Positions 27,329-40,611 of a stretch of DNA of 64,000 bases are shown here, piece after piece. The DNA is from Eledone cirrhosa. Taxonomy: Eukaryota. Position 1 is the stretch's first letter, and each line of letters starts with the position of its first letter. The notes beneath the pieces were generated by a model. The model did no database searches, had not been told where the DNA came from, and saw only the letters and a list, made by a program, of their open reading frames with translations. The stretch covers positions 6,138,001 through 6,202,000 of the forward strand of contig OZ024743.1 in NCBI GenBank assembly GCA_964016885.1, read 5' to 3'. Position numbers and translations under genes: made by a program.

Positions 27329-27930
27329 TGTGTGTATATATATATGTATGTATGTGTGTGTGTGTCTGTGTGTTTGTATTTGGTTGTGCGTGTTTATGAT
27401 ATGTACGTATTTGTATGTGTATAATTGTTTAGCTATGTATGTATATGTGTGTGTATGTATACATATATGTGTGTGTGTGTGTGTTTATATTTATGTATAT
27501 ATATATGTGTGTGCGTGTGTATATAATTACATATACATATGTGTGTGTATATATTGTATACGTGTGCGTGTTTGTGCATGTTTGTGTATGTATGTGTTTA
27601 TGTATTTGTATATGTATATTTATGTGTGAGAGTGTGTGTATGTGTTTACTATTTCGTACGTATGTATACGTGCATTTGTGTGTATTACTTACCACGCGTG
27701 TCTGTCCAGTTAGCTGCCTTATGTAACGGTGTCAAAAATTTTTAATATATATATTTTTTTTTCTTATAATTATTTGCGTGTGTGAAAATGTAGAGGAGTG
27801 CATTTATGTATGTGTATGTATGTACGTGTGTATATATGTATGATTGTGTGAATGTATGTATGTATATATGTGCGTGTGTATGGCTATGTTTGTGTATGTG
27901 TATGCTTGTACACACATATATATATATGTA

Positions 27931-28019
<89 letters not shown>

Positions 28020-28275
28020 ATGTATGAGTGTATGTATATGTGTATGTATGTGTATGTGTATGTGTATATATGTGTATGTATGTACATATGTGTATATGTA
28101 TATATGTATATATATATATGTGTGTGTATGTATGCTTTTGTGTTTTTTTGTGTGTGTTTGCATGTGTAGTTTTATTTTATTTTTCCTTTCCTTCTTCCTT
28201 CTCCAGCCTCACTTTCATATAGATTGCATTTTTGTTTTTTAAAATCCAAATTCAATAAACAAACCAGGATTTTTT

Positions 28276-28329
28276 CATTCTGAGGATTGAAAGCAAAACC
28301 TTTTGCTTTTAAGAAACCACTGGTAAATG
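28276..28329 (+). ncRNA. Type I hammerhead ribozyme
   Basis: catt-CTGAGGA-ttgaaagcaaa acct tttgcttttaa-GAAA-ccactgg-TA-aatg; mirror copy near 25790-25843 (-). Confidence 0.85.
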
Positions 28330-28427
28330 GAATAATTGCCTTATGTTGTTTATTACATAATAATAATTAAGCTCTGTTACCTACATAGAGCACTCTTTTT
28401 TCCTGGACTTTTCCTACGGAATTACTT

Positions 28428-28491
<64 letters not shown>

Positions 28492-28530
28492 TTCTGGCAA
28501 TATTATTACAATATGACCCTCCCCAAGTAT

Positions 28531-28588
<58 letters not shown>

Positions 28589-28721
28589 TCTTTTAACGTC
28601 CATTTTCCACGCTAGCATGGGTCTGGAATATATATATATATATATATATATATAGTGTGAGTGTGTGTGTGTGCGCGCGCGTCGCGGTACATATATCCAT
28701 AAAAGTATTTAATCACTATTA

Positions 28722-28915
28722 ATAATTGTTGAGTAATTCAGTTAAAGTAACCCTAGAGACGGAAAAAGTGCACAGAAGTGTCTGCAAGGAATTGAATCTA
28801 GCATCTCCTGAATATTGGACGAATGACACAGGATTCAAATCCTTTTTCCTTTCAGATACCTCTTTCCACATTTTCCGACTCCAGTGGTACTTTGTCTAAA
28901 TTCCTCAACAATTGT
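28722..28915. repeat. Old imperfect palindrome (MITE-like)
   Basis: aattgttgag..aaagta..cggaaaa..gtg / cac..ttttccg..tacttt..ctcaacaatt. Confidence 0.5.
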
Positions 28916-28977
28916 TGATGGCGATAAACTATTATTACGGTCATATGCTTTGGAATGCACAGATTTCAAATTTCATT

Positions 28978-29052
<75 letters not shown>

Positions 29053-29056
<4 letters not shown>

Positions 29057-29498
29057 ACCAAAGATTAGTATGGTTCGTTGATTACTCAACGAATACAGTT
29101 TTACAATAGATTAGAAGCCCTCAACAGTTGAGTTTTCCTGGAGTTTTTAATATTATTCGAAATGTTCACAAATGAAAAATATTCGCATAATCAAAATATA
29201 TACTTTGTTATATATATTTCAAGGGTACTGTGTTGTTTTTTCAGTACGTCTTCATCAGACAAAATATATGATTTGATATATGACATACCGCTACGGTCTT
29301 GATTATTCAATTCCAGTATCGGCAGTCATTACTAGAATTGAATAATCAAGACCGTAGCGGTATGTCATATATCAAATCATATATTTTGTCTGATGAAGAC
29401 GTACTGAAAAAACAACACAGTACCCTTGAAATATATATAACAAAGTATATATTTTGATTATGCGAATATTTTTCATTTGTGAACATTTCGAATAATAT
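29053..29498. mobile_element. Fold-back element: arms 29151-29318/29331-29498, ~100-nt left extension
   Basis: Near-perfect palindrome with a ~12-nt loop. Related fragments at 44620-44670 and 57495-57570. Confidence 0.88.
29385..29444 (+). ncRNA. Type I hammerhead ribozyme
   Basis: tttgt-CTGATGA-agacgtactg..cagtaccctt-GAAA-tatata-TA-acaaa. Confidence 0.72.
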
Positions 29499-29500
29499 AT

Positions 29501-29642
<142 letters not shown>

Positions 29643-29648
29643 CTATGT

Positions 29649-29720
<72 letters not shown>

Positions 29721-29721
29721 C

Positions 29722-29770
<49 letters not shown>

Positions 29771-29843
29771 CTATGTATATATATATATATACATGTATCT
29801 ATATGTGTGTGTGTATGTCTATATGTTTTTGTTTTGTACTTTG

Positions 29844-29879
<36 letters not shown>

Positions 29880-30000
29880 GATAAATCTACCAAGAGTTTA
29901 CGGTAGTAACACATATATATCCTAGAAACGATCGTTAAATAATGAACTTTTTTTGTTTAATATAAGGAACTGTTTCATTGTTTTATTCATTATTTTTTTA

Positions 30001-30037
<37 letters not shown>

Positions 30038-30291
30038 CTGTGTGCGTGTTTACTTGTCAATCCCTAATCATTCAATTAAGTGAGCAATTATGTATGTGTT
30101 GATAATGACGTGCGGAGGAACCTCATGCAAATGTATTCTAGCTGGATGACACATTGCTGGATAACAACTTTATTCATTATGCCTTCTCGTCTGTTAAGTT
30201 TCGCAATATATTCGTTCTGTTGCTGTTCCATTAACATATAGCCTCTGGCAACAGCATTATCATACAAGAAAATTGTGTTATGGGGATTTGA

Positions 30292-30616
30292 TCAACCAAG
30301 TACACCACGTTGTCTTCGAACTGTTCTGCGTCTAGATTGATGTCTGGTGCGGGCACCGTTTTTTGAACGATCTTTACCATTACGCTGTACATTGTGGCGT
30401 CGACGGGGCTGGTAATTCTTTGGCAATCTAGCATATTCAATTTGTCCTTCGTCTGCTGAAATACTAATCCTCAGACCAGTTTTGTCGATTCCATCAAGTA
30501 TTCCAGTACATGTCGTTTTATTGCCCACCGGATAATGATTTGGGCAACACACATGACAGGATCGCTTCAGCTGAACCTTCGAACACATTCTTATTTCAGA
30601 TCCATTTGGTTCCAGA
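30292..30616 (-). CDS. Host gene, last coding exon (end of EMI-like Cys-rich domain plus basic tail)
   Basis: tttttcaaatag acceptor, phase 2 matching the previous exon; LEPNGSEIRMCSKVQLKRSCHVCCPNHYPVGNKTTC...RRQRGVLG*. Confidence 0.75.
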
Positions 30617-30644
30617 CTATTTGAAAAATGAAAATATATCTATG

Positions 30645-30765
<121 letters not shown>

Positions 30766-30888
30766 AAATGTAATTATGTACACGTACATACATATATGTA
30801 TACAGATGTACAGTAGTATGTATATATATACATACATGTACACATATACATATATGCACGTATGGGTTTACCGAACATTATAATAAAT

Positions 30889-31074
30889 AGGGCGGTGGAT
30901 TGGCAGTATCAGTAGAGGGTCGGACGCCATGCTTTCCAGCATAGTTACGTCCCTTTACGATCTGAGTTCAAATCCCACCGAGGTTGACTTTGCCTTTCAT
31001 CCTTACGGGGTCGATAAAATAAAGTACCAGTAATGCACTGGGTGATTGCTGGCCTTGTGCCTAACGTAGAAACA
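30889..31074 (+). mobile_element. Full-length SINE family A with 12-bp TSD
   Basis: A-box-like tggcagtatcagtaga, B box gagttcaaatcc, TSD attataataaat (30877-30888/31075-31086). Confidence 0.9.
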
Positions 31075-31634
31075 ATTATAATAAATGTTCGGTAAACCCA
31101 TACGTGCATATATATATGTATACATGTATATATATACATACTACTGTACGTCTGTATACATATATGTATCTACGTGTACATACTTACATTTAAGTATCAG
31201 CCGTACTAAGAGTGAGAAATGAAATTTCGTTTCATCCTTTTCGATTTATATATATATATATATATATATTTAGAAACACACAGATACATGCGGACACACA
31301 CATATACATGAATGCATCCGCACCCAACCGTGAGTTAAGGGTGCCAACTTCACCGATGTTGCTCAATGAATGACTGGGACAGACCAATCCGGTTGAACTA
31401 GACTGAACCAGTATCAGAGTTTCCCTCTGGTCGAGCAACCTTTGAAGTGTGGGGACTGCTGAAAAGCTTCCATTACTCATACTTCTCGCCTCCTTCACCA
31501 CCTCTTCTACGGCTTCGATATAAATACCCCCTCCGCCTCCGTGGTATTTTCTTCGGGGTTATAAGAGGCTTAGCTCTGTTTCTCGACCGTTATATCGCGT
31601 GACTATCTCCCCTTCCGCCTTTTGGGATTCTTTC

Positions 31635-31836
31635 TCACGTCGTGTAGACGCGTTCTTGAGACTAGTAAAATGAGGTATCCTCTTGATAAGTCGGCAGACC
31701 TCGCAAGGACTCTATATCTTTATGATGTATTGTTTTTGTTTATGCCACGAAACTACGTAGTCGAGGAATCTAGGAGCAGTTTAGGTATGATACATTTTAT
31801 TACTAATTATATCTAAATGTTTCTTCTCTCTTCATA

Positions 31837-31880
<44 letters not shown>

Positions 31881-32074
31881 TATGAAGAGAGAAGAAACAT
31901 TTAGATATAATTAGTAATAAAATGTATCATACCTAAACTGTTCCTAAATTCCTCGACTACGTAGTTTCGTGGCATAAACAAAAACAATATATCAAAGATA
32001 TAGAGTCCTTGCGAGGTCTGCCGACTTATCAAGAGGATACCTCATTTTACTAGTCTCAAGAACGCGTCTACACG

Positions 32075-32080
<6 letters not shown>
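31635..32080. mobile_element. Palindrome of ~205-bp arms centred on (TA)n, with variant HHRs
   Basis: 31635-31840 is the reverse complement of 31877-32080. Confidence 0.88.
31678..31767 (+). ncRNA. Type I hammerhead ribozyme, variant core UUGAUAA (U3-A8), second family
   Basis: tcctc-TTGATAA-gtcggca..tgccac-GAAA-ctacgtag-TC-gagga; mirror copy at 31950-32037 (-). Confidence 0.8.
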
Positions 32081-32143
<63 letters not shown>

Positions 32144-32592
32144 CCTGTGTGAAATCCTTTTCTCGCTCACATCTCACCCAGGTCGGATGGTCTTTACCTC
32201 TCGTCTGTGATTTCACCGAGCTTAAGTTCATAGATATCACGGACTTGTCTCTTCTCTTCCCATCTTTCCGTTGCAATACCATCTTTGTTTGTTTACATGT
32301 CTCGCTCGCTTCACCCTATTTTACGTGTCCCAATAACTTTCTTTAGTTATTGCTCGCACCAACCAGAGGTATATGATCTTTAAAGCGAAGAAATACCAAT
32401 GAAGGCTGGAAGATCACTGATGAAGGACTAATTTTATTCATATGTAACCCATGTGCAACCACGCAGCACGCCATTTTTCATATATATATATATATATGTA
32501 TATACGTAAAAGGTAAACAGAAATAACAACACAATCGGTACAGTATATGAAAGGAATATATTAGGTTAACGCTTGAAATAGCAGGAGGAGGG

Positions 32593-32628
32593 TCTTGACG
32601 TTTCGGACGCTAGTCCTTCATCAGACGA
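32593..32628 (-). ncRNA. Minimal hammerhead motif in a PLE terminal fragment (about 32505-32690)
   Basis: Minus strand CTGATGA-a-ggac tagc gtcc-GAAACGTC-aaga. Confidence 0.6.
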
Positions 32629-32810
32629 AAGAATGAGAAATAAGATAGATTAAGGGGCGGGCGGGTTGGAATTAGAAAAAAAGTCTTATACAAACATACA
32701 GATATATAATATAAAAATCAACATCAACAAAGGAAACGAAATTAAATGCCTAAATATCTCAAAAGCATTCATACTTGTTAATTGTTTCAACATGACTAAT
32801 ATTTAGTAAT

Positions 32811-32992
32811 TAATTGTTTCTACTTTAGGCACAAGGCCAGCAAATACCCAGTGCATTACTGGTACTTTATTTTATCGACCCCGTAAGGATGAAAGGCAAA
32901 GTCAACCTCGGCGGGATTTGAACTCAGATCGTAAAGGGCCATAGCTCTCTGCTGTAAGGCATAGTGTCTAACGTTCTACTGATACTGCCAAT
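32811..32992 (-). mobile_element. SINE family A
   Basis: Matches 30889-31074. Confidence 0.88.
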
Positions 32993-33129
32993 TAATGAAG
33001 CAATAATGTTGTTGTTGTTGTTACAGCTCACACCTATGCAGGTTTAGCTTGGCCTCCTCCAAGGTATATCTCGTCGGAGGTGTCTTGGGTGATTTAATGA
33101 TAGGGAACCCAGTCCTATCATCTCATTTC

Positions 33130-33266
33130 TATACTTGAGTAAACTGGAGCAACGTGAAATAAAGTGTCTTTCTCAAAGAAACAACACATCACCCGGTCCG
33201 AGAATTGAACTCTCAACCTTTCGATTGTAACCCCAATGCTCTAACTACTAAGCCATGCGCCTTCAC
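33130..33266 (-). mobile_element. tRNA-derived SINE family B (CORE-like) 5' part
   Basis: Minus strand gtgaaggcgcatggcttagtagttagagc..gagttcaattctc..gagaaagacactttatttcacgttgctccagt; similar to 57997-58312. Confidence 0.75.
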
Positions 33267-33876
33267 AAAAGTTTACCGGGAGCCCTAATCCTGACCAGGA
33301 CCGAACTTCAGACCAAGATGACCACCGTCTATGATTCCTCCAACTAGGCCATCGAGACAGCTACAATGAAGCAATAATGGAGCTATGATATAGGAAAACC
33401 TAATTTAAGCGATATCCTCAACGTTAATTTCCGAGCCGGCAGTTCCGTTGACCGAACAATAGGAACACTTATTGTCGAAACCGATGGAGATCCATTCCAA
33501 ATTCCAGGTGTATTGCAAACCCAACATGTATTCAAATAACTGTTTTTGGTATGTGCACTATTTTAAAGAAAATACACATTAGAGATTGAGCTATTTCCGT
33601 GAGCAATAACCACAATGGCCTGAACAGTTTCATTGAAGTATTGAAGTATTGCAGATATTTGATGTTTTACATTTAAGTGGGGTAAGTAAGCTGAGAAAGG
33701 AAAATTTAAAAAAAGGTAAAAGTTTAGGGTTTTCTTTTGGTGGGGGTGGGGGGTGCAAATGTAATTTACCAATATAAATTAGCAAATATATATTAACAAA
33801 TATATATTAGCAAATATATATTAAAATGTAAAATACAAGATCAAACATAGAAGCAAGAAATGACATATTTTCTTAC

Positions 33877-33987
33877 GCTTGCTGTATTCCTGTGCGAACA
33901 CATACTCCATTGCTTTCTTCAACACAAACTTGAACATCAACTCGCTTATATTTTGGCTGAAGACATCTCACCATTTGCTCTGTTTGT
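33877..33987 (-). CDS. Host gene internal exon (111 nt, phase 2-2)
   Basis: ttattag|A..GC|gtaaga; open frame QTEQMVRCLQPKYKRVDVQVCVEESNGVCVRTGIQQA. Confidence 0.75.
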
Positions 33988-34121
33988 CTAATAAACGAAA
34001 TAAAATGAGCAGTTCTAGTGGGATTTTCGTTTTACATTTACCGGTTTACATTTTTTTCTTCTAAAATTAAACTGATTTTAATATAACACACACACACACA
34101 CACGCGCACACACACACACAT

Positions 34122-34156
<35 letters not shown>

Positions 34157-34562
34157 CTTACCTGCCTGTGATTTCGTATTACGGACGAATGAGCCCTCGA
34201 TATGTAAACGTAGAGGTAACTTATATGTGTTTTAATACATGACATTATAACAAATGCTAGTTTCATAGGTAGTTTTGGTCAGGACAATTATTCTCCATTA
34301 TTACAAGTTGTACGTGCCTCTTGTAGTGCCCAATCAACAGTTTTGAATGCGTACATTCGCCCCAAAAATGTTTCAGTCTACTGTTATAAGGGAGAGTAAT
34401 ATCCCTTTTTCAAAACCAACTCGAGACGAAGCGAGGGTGTATTTGAATACATATAAAAATGAGAAAACTCATCTCCAGAAAAGCCCTTAAAACAACTAAA
34501 TGCTACTCTCAATTAAATCGTGCGAAACCATTTTACTGCTTTGTGAGCTGATGAGGGTGAAA

Positions 34563-34741
<179 letters not shown>

Positions 34742-34986
34742 CTTGTCTTGGGTATCGCCTTTCTTTATTTCCTTCTTGCAGTCACTTTTATGCGCCAGCA
34801 CACTTCTTGTCCTCCTCTCTTAATCTTTTCTATATTTCATCTGCCTGTCACCCACCTTGTGGGTTGTCTCATATGTTGACCACTAGCCGCTGGTCTCTAT
34901 CCTCTGAGGCATTTTTACCTTTCGCTGTCTTTGACAACATTTAGCTGTTTTAACGGCTGTTCTCGTGATGAGTTTTTTAATGTTTG

Positions 34987-35022
<36 letters not shown>

Positions 35023-35026
35023 TATG

Positions 35027-38000
35027 TTTCTTTTATTTGCCACCAGGGCATCAAAATTGGGACAAGTACAATGGGGGGAGTTTACTAAACAAGGCGTCCT
35101 CAATAAGGAGGAGGCAATAACAATATATAAAAATAAAATAAAATATAACAAAAAATTAAATTTATAACAAAGTTCTCAATAGAGAGGAGGCGCCTTGGGG
35201 GGTCGCACACACCCCCGAAAAAAAAGTGTGCAACCCTTTTCCTCGGGAGCACAGAGAAGGGGTGCTCCCTTGGTCTTTCATCTTCCTCACCTATAGTCTG
35301 ATGTAGAGTGAAGGCCCATTCACACGGGCCATTCTCGCCACTTTCACCCATCTTTCATAAAAACGGCTGGGGTGCAGCACCTCTCTCTCCATCCTGATCC
35401 TTCTTCCGAAATGATATTGGAAGAAACGGACCAGTTGTTGGCCAGAGAGAAAGGTGTCTGACCTCAGTCCTTTCAGACGCGTCCACCATACAACCTCTTT
35501 CGCCATGGCTATTACGCACAGAAACACAGCCTCTTCTTCGTTTTTGAAGAGGGGAGGCGGCTTGATCGTTACAATAGACTCGGTGGTCAACCGGATCGGT
35601 CCCACCCTTGACAGCAGTTGTTCGACATAGCCCCACAGATCGGCAATGCCCGAGCAGTGTACCAATGCGTGTGCAACGGTTTCCTCATCGCACACGCATC
35701 TGGGACAGATCTTTTTCGAGGGGTCCCTACCCGGGCGCCCGTGTCTGTAGAGTCTTTCTCGAACGGGCAGAGCTCTTCTGTAGCATTGCCAGGCCAGGGA
35801 CCTCTGGAAGTTATCCATGGGTCCCGGGCTGAATGTCCTACCGAACAGGTTTGCCAGTTCGTCTTCCTCCATGCCTAGGGCTTCTCCGAGGGCGTCGTCG
35901 CACCTGCTAACCACCAGCCCTCTATAGAATGACGAGGTGGATTCTCCACTGACAGCCGGGTCCGCCTGCCAGAGAGCCGTGAGCGCCTGGGCACACTCGG
36001 TATGCCAGGCGCCCAGTTTTCTCGGTCTTTGCTTGACCCAGGATTGCAGCTCGGTGAGTGAGACGAGTCTGGGAAAGGCTCGCCTCACAAACGGGGCCCA
36101 CACCGGTTGACCGGAGAGGAATACCTGAAGGTGCCGTAGCCTTAATGCGTGTTTACGTATCATTAGCCACGGCATCCCCAGCCCTCCTTTCGAAGGGTGT
36201 TGACAGCAGATGGATCTCCTCACCATAGGAGCCCGCTTCTTCCAAAGGAATTGGAAGAGTGCGCGCTCCATTTTGGCGAGCGTTTCCATTGGGCAAGGCA
36301 CAACGGTCAGGCGGTAGTAGATGACGGACGCTATATAAGTGTTCGCCACCTCCGCCCGACCTTTCAGGGACAGTTTGCACTCGGCCCACTTCTGGGTCAG
36401 TGCAAACACCCTGTTCGTTACCTCACCCCAGTTCTTCTCCACCTGGAGGTCTGGTCCGAATCAGACCCCGAGCAACTTCACCGGGCCCTCCGTCCAGCGC
36501 CCGACGACGCCATCGGAGGGCATCGATCTGCCCCTCCACGTGCCGAGTTGCAGACCGATCGACTTGTCTCGGTTCAGCTTAGCCCCTGTAAACCTTTCGT
36601 ACTCCTCCAGTAAGGTGCCGATCGCCCCGATTTCCGAGGCCGTCGACACCATTACTGTTACGTCATCGGCGTAGGCTGACACCGCTTTCCGCAATCCCGG
36701 TTCCAACGGGATGCCCTGCAACAACTCCAACTTCCGCAGCAGTGGCTCTATAGTCATTACATACAGAAGGGAGGAGAGAGGGCACCCCTGTCGGATGGAC
36801 CGCGCGATTTCGAACGGCTCCGAGAGGTAGCCGTTCACCTTGACCCTAGAGCAGATGCGGCTGCTGTGCATGGCATTGATCCAGCCCCTGAAAACGGGTC
36901 CGAAGCCTGCCGCCGCTAGCACCGCATCCAGGTAACCATGGTCGACCCTATCGAATGCCTTAGATTGATCCAAGTTGATCAGGGCCCCACCAAAGCCGGG
37001 TTCGTTCCCAACCCTCTCTATGATGTATCGCATGAGGTGGAGGTTGTCGTGGATGGACCTGGACGGGATAGCACATGTCTGCGCATCTCCCACCAGGTTG
37101 CCCACGACAAGCGCCAACCTCTTTGCTAGCACCTTGGCCAAAATCTGTAAATCTGTATTTAGCAGAGTTATGGGCCTGAAATTATTTATATCGTCCCCCT
37201 TGTTCTCGTCCTTCCTCACTAGCGTGACTACGCCCTTGGTCACAGCACAGGGAATTCTCCCGTTCTGTTGACAGTTGCAGTAGACCGCCTCGAGGAGATC
37301 GGGGAACAAGTCCGGCATAGCTAGATATAGTTCGTATGGAAGACCATCGAGACCCGGGGATTTGCGTTTGCCGCATTGGATCAGCACGTCCTCTATCTCA
37401 GCGGCTGAAATCGGCTCCTCGCAGGACTTCGCCTCCCTGTCCGAGAGACGCGGCAGGCCGTCGAGGTATGGACCGAAGTCCACATCCCCAACCGGCTCCC
37501 CGCCCCTTCCGAACAATCCGGCAAAGTGCTTTTGAAAAGCCTCGCACATCTGCTTAGGTTCAAGGATCACCCGTCCATCCTGGTCTCGCAAAGACCGGAT
37601 AGTGGATCTGCTCCCTCTTTTGGCTTCTGTCACGCGGGCCCAGCTAACAGCTTTGGTCCCCTCGTTTCCCAAAGCACGTATTTTGCTTCGGACGATGCAG
37701 CCTTCGTGTTTCGCGTCGAAGAACTGGCCCAGGGCCGTTCTCGACGCTAGCACTCTGGCCACGTCGCCGCTTCTAATTGCCTCTTCTACACTATCTACCA
37801 ACTCCCTTTCCTTCCTATTTCTATTTGAGGCTAACTCCTTACTAAATTCTATAGAGACTACTCTAATCTCTCTTTTGAGAGATCCCCACCACCTGCTGTT
37901 GACGATGGCGCCCGTCAACCGCTCCTTAACTAAAGTGCTAATCCGGTCCCTGTAAGCCTTACTTGCCGGTAAGGACAAGTTGAGCTTCCAGTAACCGGGT

Positions 38001-38587
38001 CCCTGTCTAAGAGTTCTGTCAAGGTTGACCATGCAGGTCACTAATTTGTGGTCTGAATAGCCAACCATGCGCATTTTTGGACAACTTAAAAAGTCCTTAT
38101 CCTTAATTCTAACCAAGAACCTATCTAGGTACGACCTAGATGATCCGCTACGATTTGCCCAAGTCCAGGTTGGCGCAGTCGGAAAATCTAGTCGATATCT
38201 ATCGGCCAGGTCAAATCGACCGATTAACCCTTTGAGGCTATTACACCCCTCTCTATCGGGACAGGCCCCTACGTAGTCCCAGCGTGCATCTAGGATACCA
38301 TTCCAGTCCCCCACTAATAGCAAGGGGCGGGACGTCCCTAGAAAAGTCTCCAGACGATGGAAGAAGTCCGGCCGCATTGACCCGAAAGGGCCGTAGGCGG
38401 CTACCAACCTAAACGCTCCGCCTTTACCACTGCCAAGGTCCAGAACCACTAGTCGACCCTCCTGGTCCAAATGTACCATCTGTGTTGCGAGACCCAGATG
38501 TTTTTGCAGCAGAACGACAACCCCACCCCCACCTCCGGGCTGACAGAGAGATGCGTGCATCTGAAAGTCATCAAAGGTGGGGGTCAT
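35027..38587 (-). mobile_element. Tx1/L1-clade non-LTR retrotransposon, 5'-truncated within the endonuclease
   Basis: APE motifs (VGDWN, SYLDRF, SDH), RT (PGLDG, FRPITLLN, DQSKAFDRVDH, RQGCPLS, YADD), C-terminal CPRC..ETVAHALVHC, and a 3' UTR. Confidence 0.93.
35291..38587 (-). pseudogene. Tx1 ORF2 (EN-RT-Zn knuckle) with a single in-frame TGA at 36461-36463
   Basis: The two computed ORFs are in the same frame: KLLGV*FGPDLQVEKNW (expected LGVWFG). Confidence 0.88.
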
Positions 38588-38642
38588 ATATAGATAGATA
38601 GATAAATATACACGGGTGTGTATGATTGTGTATAGAAGATTA

Positions 38643-38801
38643 TATTAATAAGGGGAATTCCAACTTTGTCTGATTTACTCGTTTTATTTACAATCCTTTA
38701 AAATTTATAATGGTATTATAATGAAATAGTATGATACCATTATACATTTTAAAGGATTGTAAATAAAACGAGCAAATCAGACAAAGTTGGAATTCCTCTT
38801 A

Positions 38802-38806
<5 letters not shown>
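38643..38806. repeat. Palindrome with ~77-bp arms next to (TA)n
   Basis: tattaataaggggaattccaactttgtctg... / ...cagacaaagttggaattcctcttattaata. Confidence 0.85.
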
Positions 38807-38846
<40 letters not shown>

Positions 38847-39181
38847 AAAACCACAGATGTGAGAAAAACCACAGACCCTCCATCTCAATTCTACTTTTGA
38901 AAAGCAGAAGAACTGCGAAACCGGTAAAGGAACCAAATAAATATATATATTTTTTTTAAAATAAGACTCCAGTTGCATTTTCGATTTCATCTTTTTTTCT
39001 TTATACTTTCACTCGTGTAGAACACCTCGGTTATTTTTCATTTTGTTAAAAAAAACCTCTTTCTAATATATATATATATATATATATAGTAATAATAATA
39101 AATTTGAAGACTAAAATCCAAAGAAGATTCCGTTAAGGGTGAAAGCAGCGATTCTTTGCTTAAACTTTAATCTGTTATTTT

Positions 39182-39281
<100 letters not shown>

Positions 39282-39637
39282 CATCATCACTATATTGTAT
39301 TGTATTATTTTTCAGTGTTATTATTCCTTGTTGACTTTTCTTATACATACAGAATAGTCTCACTTAATAACGGAGTGGAAAGTTTTCAATCAGTTGAGAA
39401 TATCCACGCAATTGGAAGACAAAGGTTCCTTTTAAGGACTAGTTGAAAAAAAAAAGGAAGAAGAAACGCTACAAATATAAGCTAAGTCAAATTCTTTGGA
39501 CGTTTAAACCTTGCAGTTATGTTAGGAAATGGCTACCTAGATTCTCACAATAAACTAGTCTCAGAGTATTGGCAACTTCATTGTTAACATGCCTATTTCC
39601 ACAGGAATTTGATTCCATGAGATAGATAAATATTAAT

Positions 39638-39737
39638 TGTTTCTACTTTAGGCACAAGGCCAGCAATTACCCAGTGCATTACTGGCACTTTATTTTATCG
39701 ACCCCGTAAGGATGAAAGGCAAAGTCAACTTCGGCGG
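39638..39737 (-). mobile_element. 5'-truncated SINE family A with 17-bp TSD
   Basis: TSD gatagataaatattaat at 39621-39637 and 39738-39754. Confidence 0.88.
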
Positions 39738-39840
39738 GATAGATAAATATTAATGCGCAACAGAACTCAACTGACAAAACAACAGACTGAGAAATGTTAA
39801 CGACAGAAACAGTTGACTGATAAAATGACAAGTCAGTCAA

Positions 39841-40050
39841 TCATATCAGGGGCCTCCTCACAGCCCCGGCGGACAGAATGGAGAAGGCGTTTCCGCGGAG
39901 GACGGCAAGGGAGACGCGCTGGAAAAGCCATTCCAACTCGTGAGGCTCACACCTACGGCTGGCCAGCTCAGCGCATATGGTGGTGAGTAGGGAGGTAGCC
40001 CTAGAGCCGAGGACACCAGAAGTCTCCACTGCCAAGCGACCGGTACTATG
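39841..40050 (-). pseudogene. CRE-clade retrotransposon C-terminal fragment
   Basis: LAVETSGVLG..WLFQRVSLAVLRGNAFSIL; a more decayed relative at about 41830-41900. Confidence 0.7.
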
Positions 40051-40408
40051 AGTGCGCCTTGTTGTAACATTCACTAACATTTAGCTTGACTGAAATCGTC
40101 AGTCTATATATAGGAGAAGCGAAAGGAAACTTGTGTTCATTGATGTTTGTCAACAAACGATAGAAGAGAAATTATGTACCTCTCGGGGGACATTCTGCAT
40201 GCTGGGTGTGTAGACACACGTAGACACTCACACGCACACATGCATACACATACACACACGCACGCACACATATACATGTATATAGTTAAATACGCGTATT
40301 ACATTCACTTTGAAAAGGAGCCTTTGTGATAATAAATCTTTTGATAGCGTTATCTGTGATTCCACAATATATAACTATGTGTGTGTCTGTGTATGTGTGT
40401 ATTGTGCC

Positions 40409-40441
<33 letters not shown>

Positions 40442-40611
40442 GTGTGTGTGTGTGTGTGTGTAAGCGAGAGAAAAGAGGGAGAGGTAAAAGGAGAGATTGT
40501 GTATGTGTGTATTTGGTTCTCTTGTGGTAAGGCTCTTTGCCTATGTTTAAGCGTAACCTTATTTACTATGAGTGGCTAAATATTTTGTTTAGGGTGCATC
40601 AGAATATTATA

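Larger units (their letters stand above)
25757..28430 (+). mobile_element. PLE remnant: GIY-YIG fragment, two tandem HHR-bearing termini and a ~590-bp inverted terminal copy
   Basis: 25757-26343 is the reverse complement of 27736-28365; 65-nt right extension; degenerate HHR copy at 27071-27124. Confidence 0.8.

Noticed and set aside
36461-36463. In-frame TGA as selenocysteine or programmed readthrough
   Set aside because: It falls at an expected Trp (TGG->TGA transition) and no SECIS was recognised; simple mutation or sequencing error is likelier.
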